DNA from: Marsupella aquatica
Taxonomy: Eukaryota; Plantae; Marchantiophyta
Length of the DNA: 64,000 bases
Reading direction: 5' to 3'
Assembly: GCA_973895155.1 (NCBI GenBank)
Contig: OZ316893.1
Span: 1,922,860-1,986,859, forward strand
Within the stretch, counting starts at the first letter, position 1, and each line of letters begins with the position of its first letter. Below are positions 12,198 to 22,166 of this stretch, in pieces. The translations under genes were made by a program, and so were the position numbers. The notes beneath the pieces were generated by a model that saw nothing but the letters and a program-made list of their open reading frames with translations, was not told where the DNA came from and ran no database searches.

Positions 12198-13382
12198 TCC
12201 CCCCTGTGAAATTCATTCTCTTGGGCAGGTAGTGGGCCGCAGCGTCCTCCTTCCTTGCCCCTTCCCATTGTTGTTTCCTTTCTGTGCAAATTTAGCACAT
12301 TTGCTACCAGGTGAAGGGACTTGCAAATGATTCAAAGAGGTTTTAAGAAAGATTTAGTGACTTATTCTCCAAAATCAACCATTCATATCTGACTGTACAT
12401 AGACCTAAGGACTATAATGTGAACGGGACTGGCTGAGTACAAATGTTAGCTAAGGCAGAGGCTTTTCAACTTGCCATATGTGTCACCTGCACAAATTACA
12501 CAAAGGAACAATGCCCCCATGTGGAATTCTTGAGTTGGATTGAGCCACTTTCTTCCTTCCCCAGGCAACCAGTGTTTCATTTCTGCCTGAATTTCACACA
12601 ATTGCTAGCAAGTGGTTAAGGGGCTTGCAAATGACACAAAGAGGTTCTAGTGCCTAATTTGCCAAATAACACAATCCAGATCTGACCGTCACAATGTGAC
12701 CGTACAAGTCAAGTACACAAATTTTGCTCAGTGGAGGCTTCCATAAGTGCCACCTGCCCAAAAATACAAAAAGGAAATAGTGTCCCCATGCTATAGTCCC
12801 CTGTGAAATTCATTCTCTTGATGGACGCAGCGCCATAGCCTCCTCCATGCCCCACCCAGTGTTTCCTTTCTGTGCCAATTTTAGCACTTTTGCTACCATT
12901 TTAATGTTCTTGGGAATGATACCCAAAGATCTTATAAGAATATTAGTTTCCTTTCTGCGCAAAACCAGGCCCGTGACCAAAGAAGTTTGGTCACAAAAGT
13001 TGAACTGTTACAAATACCCTCTCTTTAGTATTGTACACTATATTTTGTAAAATCATATGCACAAGTTCAGCCAAGCCAAAAATAATTAAAAAAAAAATAC
13101 TTTCCTTTCTGTGCAAATTTTAGCACATTTGTTACCATTTGAATGATCATGCTCATGATACCCAGAGAGCTTAAAACAATACATAGATGACTCATTTGCC
13201 AAAAAATCAACCATCCAGATCTGACCAAACGCAATCTACCGGTCACAGTGTGACCAGGCACGTCGAGTAGTGGAGGCTCCGAAAAGTGCCACCTGCCCAG
13301 GGAACAGTGCCCCTCGTGCCGTCGTTCCCCTATGAAAGAACATTCCCTTGGACGAGCCGCAGCCTCCTCCTTCGTTGCCCTG
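12198..13382. repeat. Degenerate tandem array, ~240-300-bp unit, ~4 copies, abutting the invertase promoter
   Basis: TTTCCTTTCTGTGC(A/C)AATTT(T)AGCAC(A/T)TTTGYTACCA-like core at ~12274, 12575, 12862 and 13101. GTGYCACCTGCMCA at ~12480, 12748 and 13287. CCCCTRTGAAA at ~12201, 12798 and 13327. Confidence 0.7.
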
Positions 13383-14685
13383 CCCGCCCCTCTCTCGTTC
13401 GATTCGCCGTGGAATTGCGGTGGTGGTTGTGAAAGACACGCTCAAATGCGGGATCTCCTCCTCCCCCTCCCCCTCGCGCTCGCGTGAGTGAATTTTACCA
13501 ACCTGCACCTCTTCTTCCCCCGACTCCTACAGAGGAAGCGACGGCTCGCACATCAGTACAGAGTATGATGTAGTCCTACCCAACAGAATAGCTACCAGTC
13601 TATTGTATTGTAGGTGACAACTTTTCTACTGCTGCTGCGGCAGCGCGCCACCTACAAAGGAAGGAAGCTCTGCGGGCTGCCTGCCTCGTGCGTGCCCCCC
13701 AGCATCATTCTACAGTAGACGCATTACGACGGCAACTTCGAGCTTCTGCCGAAGATTTGGCGTCTCGGATTTGTCTCGGATCTAATTTCCTGCTCCAGTT
13801 TCTTCAATCCGATTCGATTCTGTCCTCTTCTCTTTCGGGTGACGGATCTGGTGCTGGCGGGGACAGCAGCAGGATCACAGCATCAGCAACCACTGCGCGT
13901 TACGATAGTGGAGATCTAAAGAGAGATTGAGCGAGAGAGATTGCTGTCTGCTGGTCACTCTCGGGTGTGTAACTCCCGGATCTGAGTGTATAGATTGCAA
14001 TTGGAGATCGGCTGACTTATGCTCGTCGTCGCGGACACCAGGCTGTATATATTTTTACTGGAGCTGTCATCTTCTTGCCTTGGATCCGCGGTGTGGAGAA
14101 GCTTTCGAAGAGGGTTTTAGTCTGAACGACGGACTTCTGAGGCATTTTATCCCTCGAGAAACGGATGCTCATTGGGTCTCTTGGGCGCTGTGTGAAAGAC
14201 GGAAGGAAGGCCGCTGCGTTTCTCTAGTAGCTCCTGCAACTGTGGCGCACCTATTTTCTACCTTGATCTTCGTCGGCATTGCTTCGACGCCCCGAGGGCG
14301 CTTCTGATACGCACTGCCGGACCCTTTGTCAATTGGTCCTCGTTTGTGCTGTACTACATTTTGTTAAAGGGATGGTCTGCTTAAGCTGACGGTCACAGAA
14401 GCTTTCACAATCTTGGCCCTGTGGTTACCGATGACAATGGTTCCGGGAGGCATCGAGAATATTGCTCACCACTTCTGGAACAACTCCTCAGACATACGAA
14501 AGCTGTAGGCGTAGGCTAGGAAAGTTCGTTTTGGCGCCGAAAGCCCCGGAACTCACCAGAATTTGCGGCGCGAAGAGAGGTGTCCACCGGCATAATTATC
14601 CTGAGCCAACCTTAGTGACTAGAGTCACAACGTAATTTCTTGGATTTGAGAACGCTGAATTGAAGGAAGTCCAAGGTCAATTGCG

Positions 14686-17600
14686 ATGTCGACTGTAGAC
14701 ACGATGTCTGCGAAGTTTCTTTCGTTGGACTGCGTCCCAGACTCTCGGGATAAGCAGGCCACTCTCAAAATGCATGCTGGAAAGGACGGATTTGTCCACA
14801 TTTCGAGCGAGGATTTCTCCACATTTCTAGAGATGCCTCCTCGACCTATTCAACTAGGAGACCACACTAGGAGATCCCTGGATGAAAAATCTTTCAACGA
14901 AATCCTTCTACCTGCACTGCGCCAAAGACCGACGCTTCGAACAGTGGCAAGCTCGGACTGCTTGGAGGACATGGCAACTCCTACCGCAAGATCGGCAGCG
15001 GCCACACCGAGGGGATCCTCCTTGAACACTCCGAGACATGGGTTTGAGCCCCATCCCATGACTCTTGATGCATGGGAAGCTCTGAGGAGATCACTGATCT
15101 ATTTCAAGGGGAGTCCCGTTGGGACTATCGCCGCTTTGGATCCAAATGAGGAGTCCCTCAATTACAATCAGGCATGAGCTCCGAGCCCTAATTTTGTGTC
15201 TCACTTGTCAGTAATGTCATACCCAATTTGACCTAGAAGCTTGATAGAAGCTTGATAGGACGGCAAATCCCTGGCGGTATTTCTGGCTCTCAGCTTCCTT
15301 GTTTGTCATGGCATAAGCTAGTAACACTAAAACTGCAATACCTCGGATCAATTCTTCCGTGTACTGTAGATTCTCTCGATGGCGATACTGCCGGAATATC
15401 TGAAAGCATCGACAAAGCTAAATGTAGGAAGGGCCTGAAGTTTAATAATATGGGCAAGATCCGTTTAGGTCAGGGTCGACTCCCTAGAAGTGTTTTTCCC
15501 TAGATCTCGTCATTCTTTCGGAGTACTAAAGCTTAAGGGAAACTTACAGAAACTTCAGGATTTTACAACAGGTGCACGTTTACTAGTTGTTTGAGATTGG
15601 CAGTACTGATCAGTCCTCTCTGTTTTTCCCAAAATTTAATTCGTTCTGCATTTCGTTTACTGTAAGCAGTTAATTGACTGGTAAATGTTGTTTCTCAGGT
15701 GTTCGTCAGAGACTTTGTCCCGAGTGGGTTGGCTTTCCTAATGAATGGTGAGCCAGAAATTGTTAGGAACTTCCTCATCAAGGCCCTTATGCTCCAGGCG
15801 CGGGAGAAGCGCATCGATTGTTTCGTCTTAGGTGAAGGTGTGATGCCCGCCAGCTTCAAAGTTCTTCACGATCCTGTTCGGAATACTGATACCATGATCC
15901 CAGATTTTGGGGAGAGTGCCATCGGCAGAGTTGCACCCGTGGACTCGGGGTTTTGGTGGATTATCCTGCTCCGTGCGTATACGAAATCTACTGGGGATCA
16001 TACGCTTGCCGATACTGCTGATTGTCAGCGCGGCATGAAACTTATATTGAACTTATGTCTCTCGGATGGATTTGATACTTTTCCGACTCTTCTCTGCGCA
16101 GATGGCTGTGCTATGATCGATAGGAGGATGGTACGCTCCCTTGTTACCTGCTATGCAAGCTCTCCCTCGATTCCTCGGTTGGTTATTCTCCGATTATGTG
16201 CAGGTTTTTGTTTTCTTTGGGACTCCTTGGAGTCACTGACCTCGAGGACCCTTGTTTGGCGTCGTCGTCGGTAATCTCGTCTTCGAGTTTGCCTACAGTA
16301 GTTTACTAACGGCATTGCTTGCGATCACCTCCGTTGCAGGGAATTTATGGGTATCCCATAGAAATCCAGTCTTTATTCTTCATGGCCCTAAGGTGTGCGA
16401 GAACGATGTTGAAGCCCGAAAACGGTGGAAAGGAATTTCTTGAACGGATAGACAAGAGACTACTGGCGTTGAGCTACCACATGCGCGAGTATTTCTGGCT
16501 AGACCACAACCAACTGAACAGTATTTATCGATTCAAGACTGAAGAATATTCTCACACTGCCGTCAATAAGTTCAACGTGATTCCGGATTCGATTCCGGAT
16601 TGGGTGTTTGACTTCATGCCGATGAGAGGAGGTTACTTCATAGGAAATGTGAGTCCAGCTCGGATGGACTTCAGATGGTTTGCAATTGGAAACTGCTCCG
16701 CCATTCTGTCGTCGTTGGCTACTCCCGAGCAAGCGTCGGCTATTATGGATCTTTTTGAAGAGAGATGGGAGGATCTTGTTGGTGACATGCCGTTGAAAGT
16801 GTCCTATCCCGCTCTAGAAGGTCACGACTGGCGAATTGTCACGGGATGTGATCCAAAGAACACTAGATGGAGCTACCACAATGGTGGTTCATGGCCAGGT
16901 GAGAATGCTTTCCATTATTGTGCGATTTTCTTCACTCAGCACCCTCCCACAGGTTTGAAGGAGCAGTGGTGTCCGTTAACTGGGTAGCTTTAGCGTCGTG
17001 GGGTGCATCGAGGGCATGACTTAGATTTATGACGCGCATGGTGTGGGGTTCTAGGGTTTGGGTCACGCCATCTAGACACGTCAACATTTCCGTAGTAATT
17101 CAACACAATCATCATCCTTTTTCCTATATCATGTCATTATCTCTACCTACCCTGGTGTGGTTTTGAACAACTGACTTTCGAAGTGTTTGCAAACCTACCC
17201 GTAGGTTTGTACTTGCACCTTCATATTCACTCTGACGTAGAGTACTGCGAGTGGTTGGGGAGTGTCATTCAACCTCCTGTTCTCTAGAAAATTTTCTTTC
17301 TTCCTGTTGTGCTCTTATGCTGTTATTATTGTGAGTCTACTTCAACGTAACTCAATTGAGTCAGAACAGTGGTGCCTTATCCACAGAAGACCTTCTGAAT
17401 TCCTGACCGATGCTTTGGCTAGGCTTGCGAAGTATATCGCATCCTCTTGAGGGAGTAATCGTGCCTGACTGATAATCTCGTCCTGTGCAGTTCTTCTATG
17501 GATGATGACCGCTGCTTGCATTAAGGTGGGCCGGCCACAGATTGCCCGCCGGGCAATTGAGCTGGTTGAGAAAAGGCTTGCCAAAGACGGTTGGCCAGAG

Positions 17601-17798
17601 TATTATGATGGGAGGCTGGGCCGCTACGTTGGTAAACAGGCACGGAAATTCCAGACATGGTCGATTGCCGGATATCTGGTGGCCAAGATGATGCTGGACG
17701 ATCCTTCACATTTGGGCATGATCAGTCTTGAGGAAGACAAGAAAATGAAGCCCACTCTTACAAGATCAGCATCCTGGCCTCCCGCTACTTTCAACTAG
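14686..17798 (+). CDS. CINV: Cytosolic alkaline/neutral invertase (GH100, beta clade), 594 aa, 4 exons: 14686-15171, 15699-16130, 16340-16898, 17491-17798
   Basis: Motifs LNYNQ|[44 protein letters not shown]|[20 protein letters not shown]|VLLW, WPEYYDG and QTWSIAGYL, plus C-terminal RSASW. Exon phases join to 1785 nt without a stop, and there is no obvious transit peptide. Confidence 0.96.
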
Positions 17799-18365
17799 GA
17801 CGATTCTTTTATTGGGTGTTTAGACTATTTGTGTAGCATTGTAATGTGGACTCTCCTGCAAAGCAAGGGAGGCTGACGGTGGGAACCTATACGCTACGAC
17901 TTTGTACCATTTCATTTTTTGGGTCTTCTGAGCTCGCGAAGGGGATGGCGGGCAACAGATGTAAGAGTAGATACTGGTTCCCGCATCCCCATTGTTGCTA
18001 GTCTGCCCTCTTACGAAGAAGAGGTGGGCGCATTCATTCAATGCAATAGAATATTCCGAAGCGAGCTCGGATCTCTTCTCTCTCACATTTGTTAATCCGA
18101 AGACTACGGTAGGCTTTTGAACTCGTCTCCTCGGGTGTGACTATATTATTCCAGTCCTCCGAAGCAAATGGTACTTCACTTCGGCGTGGTTTCTTCCAGT
18201 TCAAGTCTACACTTACATTGTGGAGACTGTTCCGCCTTCACCGCCGAAGCAGACTCCGGAGGACTGTCACCAGACTCTTTTCCCTCCTTGAGCTCGAAAT
18301 CATTGTTTGGATATGCCTTAAAGCTCCGACACGATTGCTGACGAATACGGTAATAAACATTACTA

Positions 18366-19091
18366 CTATAGGATCAAAACTTCGTCTACATGTGCGATGT
18401 AGCGTCTGAAGAGGTGTACAGTAAATGTACCAAAGCCAAATTCTTTGGTTGTCTTGGTTTTCAGAATACTTGTCTCTGTATCACTCGATAAACCCTCGAA
18501 TTTATTGAATTGTTGAAATCTATCGAGGTCAAGGATCTCAGTTGAAGCTCCTACCTCTTCCTCTCTTGTTGATGACCTTGTTGAAGAGTTTCTGTTCACT
18601 TTCATATATTCAGAGGTGGGCTCCCGATATGTCACCCCTTTTCTAGATTTCTCATTCATTTCTTGAATTCTGATTTGTGATGACTCTCTCTAGGAATCTT
18701 TAGAGCCAACGAAGAACGATTGCTTTCTGTTATCGTTCTTCAATAAAACTTCTTTCGACCTGGGCATCTGTACTGCAAAAGAATAAACTCCTTCTAAGCT
18801 TAGCACAATTAATCTTCTCAGCTGAGATTAATGTTCTTCTGCAGCACAGATTAATTCTCTGAACAATAATTCTCTTAGATCTAACATTAATGTTCTCAGC
18901 TGAGATTTCTTCAACCTTGACCAGGATGTAGCGTGAAAACCCCTTTTGCCTTGGCTCACAACACCGGCTTTACCTGCCACAGATGTTCTTCTTGTCATGT
19001 CCGTAAATGCCATGCTTTTCTTTTTCTTGCCTCCTATTAAACCTACATTATCTGTATAGTGATGTTTGCTTTGAAAGCTTGTTTGGGGCAA
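18366..19091 (-). pseudogene. Possible decayed reading frame of unknown family
   Basis: ORFs 18828-19091 and 18366-18659 are in the same frame. The 242-codon span has only two internal stops. No recognisable motif. Confidence 0.25.
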
Positions 19092-19773
19092 CTTTAAACC
19101 GAAACTTTTCTCAGTAAGATGAATTTCTGAATCATTGAAAATAACTTAATCCTCTCAAATACATAGAACTCAGTGTGTTATTTTCTTACAAATCTTTCAT
19201 TTTTCTGGTCCATTCTTGTCAAATAGATACAAAATAAGTCGGAAAAGAAGTATATGGATTCTACGGGGTTGAGTCCCTTTGAGAAAATTCAGAATATTAT
19301 TTATCGCTATCAAAATGAAAAATGGTACCTACATGATTGTATCTCTTCCATTTTGAAGATTTCAATATTTGCTTTTATTTTCCCCACTACCATTTGCATT
19401 ACATTACTCCCTTTTTGTTGTACAAGCAAATTAGTCCGAGTACCCTTGATTATGTAAGCTTGCTTTATTAGACTCTTTAGAATCTTGAAGAGTTGTACAT
19501 TGGAATAGATAGATGAATCAGAGTACAAAGATTAAATGGAGTATTCTAAATAAAGTGATGTAAAAGGTAGTTAGGACAATTTCATTGAAGACGTACATTC
19601 ATGGTAATACCGAGGGTAATTCTCCATGCAGAACGTTTCCCTTAGTATCTCTATGTCTATACAATACATATAGTTCATGCAAAATATTATTTTGTCCATA
19701 ATAATTGAAAGGTCTTAGAGTCCCTTGGTATTCCTCTACCCATAGTAGTTATATTGTTTCTTACCTTTGCTTG

Positions 19774-20073
19774 TTACTCTAACTCGGGTTAGGACTTAGC
19801 TAAAGTTAGCGGTAGTGCTGTTGTGTATATAACCAGGGCTGATGCCAGACCTTGGTCGAACTTAGGCTCATTGTTACGGAGCTAGTTGAGAGATAAGGAG
19901 AGCTTGCGCTGTGGATGCTTGGTATGGCCGGTCGACCTAGAGTGCAATAAAGCTCTTGTGTGTTCCCGTGGACGTAGCCTCATGTGGAGGTGAACCACGT
20001 ATCTCTCTATGTCGACTCTTGTGCGTTGGATGGTTCATGGGCTTGCCGTTGCAAATGTTGTCTATGCTCTACA
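19774..20073 (+). repeat. 5' LTR of outer copia (first ~45 bp missing)
   Basis: Aligns to 32937-33200, ends CTACA and is followed by AG and the tRNA-iMet PBS. No TGTTAGATATTGC start and no upstream copy of the right flank GTACG. Confidence 0.9.
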
Positions 20074-20075
20074 AG

Positions 20076-20087
20076 TGGTATCAGAGC
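20076..20087 (+). promoter_or_regulatory. Primer-binding site (tRNA-iMet) of outer copia
   Basis: TGGTATCAGAGC, 2 nt after the LTR end. Confidence 0.93.
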
Positions 20088-21634
20088 ATGCCTGGGAGGT
20101 GACGAGGTTTTTTCGTCATAGGTTTTTTCCAGCGTTCATTGTCGGTGGCACATTCGGAGTTTCGTCGCATGAAACTTGAATGTGTGTGGCTGTGCGGATA
20201 GGTTAGTGAGAGGGCGTTCTAATGGTGGTTAGAACTCGCTGATCGGTATCCGTGGTGCCGAGGAATTGAAGTTTGCGTTGTTCAGGTTTTATTCGTGTTC
20301 GACGGCTTTTCGGGGGAGAGACCAGAGTTCGCATTTTTCAATGGTGTGAGCTGTGCGGTGTTCGGGGGATCGCACATTATAGCTCAAGTTGAAGGTTGAA
20401 GCGAGCTGGTCATTTTGGTAGCTGGATTGTTGCCAAGTTGTTACCGAGTGCGACGTGACGAGTGACGGAGGCGTTCAGGTTTTTTCACAAGCTATGGAGC
20501 TTGTTCCCATCTGAAGCGGGTTTCTCTTCGTAATGTCCGACTCGGTGGAAGAAACGCGAAGTGCTAAGGCTCAACGGTTTGATCGCGGCGAGGGGGTCAT
20601 TTTGAGTTCGGGATTGGCACTTGATGCGGAGGAATTTTTTTACTTTGCTGGAGCAACAGACTGTTCCGGTGCAATTCGGCAACATTTCCCGTCGGCGGCG
20701 ATCTTTTTACTCATGAGAAACGGCGGCATTTAGGTTTGTTACACGACCTTGTTTATGGTTAAATCAACTTATTTTTTAGGTTACTTTAAGTGTGATTTTT
20801 CATGTGTCCCGGCTGCGCATACCCTCGACGTAACCTCCTGCATCCCCTTTCGATTCCCGACAATCCCTAGTCGCAGCTGTTTTCGCAGCGCCGGCCGGCG
20901 CATAAACAGCCGCCCCGGCCCTTGCAACGCCTCGCATAGTACGTGGCTGCAAAGCAGCTGGCCGAATTTTTTTACCCCCATTCCCTGCCTTAGGCTGTGC
21001 GCCGGCAGCCCCCCTCCTCACCGATTCTTGCCGGGGGCTCCCTCTGGCCGGCCCTGCCTCATTTTTTCCCTCCCTCCATTTCTCCATAGGGCATACGTGG
21101 CTGCGTATGCAGCCGCCCGGGTATACTCCCTTCGCGTACCCCCGGCCCCATACGGGGTATTCTAGTTTTTAAGGGACACTAAGGACCCCCTTTAGGGCCC
21201 GTTTTTAACCTTTTTTCCCTCTTTCTTGTTTTACTTGGTGAGGGGACCTGCCGCCCTCCGTTTTAACCGCTCTGACGGGGGGAACGGCCCCCTGTGAGAC
21301 CTGTCGGACTGTGCGGGAATATTCCTGAAAAACATAGAGCTGTTTTTGGCCGTTCGACTTAAATTCCATCTACCATTGGAGGACATTGCCACTGGAGTTA
21401 GCAACGCGGCGCACCGATCACATCGCGATTACCTGAGGTGGTCCAAATGGGGGAGTTTCCCAAGGTTTTACCCACCCCGACCAAAATTTGAATAACTTTT
21501 CCGTCGAATTTTGATTTTGGCTTTCAGTATTGGACTCCTAGCTTCATGGGCTACGCGGCGGTGTTGAGTTTTGAGTTTTATGAGAAGTTTCAAAAAAAGA
21601 CATTTTTTCGTGATTGTTTTATATGAGTGACTCG

Positions 21635-21970
21635 TGTTGAGCATAGACGACATTCGTACAGCAAGCCCATGAACCATCCAACGCACAATAGTCGACACAG
21701 AGAGATACGTGGTTCACCTCCACATGAGGCTACGTCCACGGAACACACAAGAGCTTTACTGCACTCTAGGCCGACCGGCCATACGAAGCATCCACAGCAC
21801 AAGCTCTTCCTATCTCTCAACTAGCTCCGTAACAATGAGCCTAAGTTCCACCAGGGTCCAGCCCTGGCTATATACACAACAGTTTTACCGCTAACATTAG
21901 CTAAGTCCTAACCCAAGTTAGACTAACTGTGGTTAGCTCATGAGTCACAAGACTAGAGCAATATCTAACA
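21635..21970 (-). repeat. 3' LTR of inner copia (336 bp)
   Basis: Direct repeat of 28453-28796 (about 15 substitutions and 3 indels by eye), adjacent to the PPT. Confidence 0.95.
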
Positions 21971-22166
21971 AACTCCCCCTTGACTCTTGTCTTGAGGACT
22001 GGACTAAATGCTACCATATGGAATCATCAGCGGGAAGTTCTAGACAATCACCAAACCAGGTCTCCCCCTAAAAACCACAGGGGTTAACTAGAACTAAGCC
22101 GTAGCCAAGCAGGAATGAGTAATCCATATACAAATAGTCACACATTGCTAAATAACTCTACTTGTA

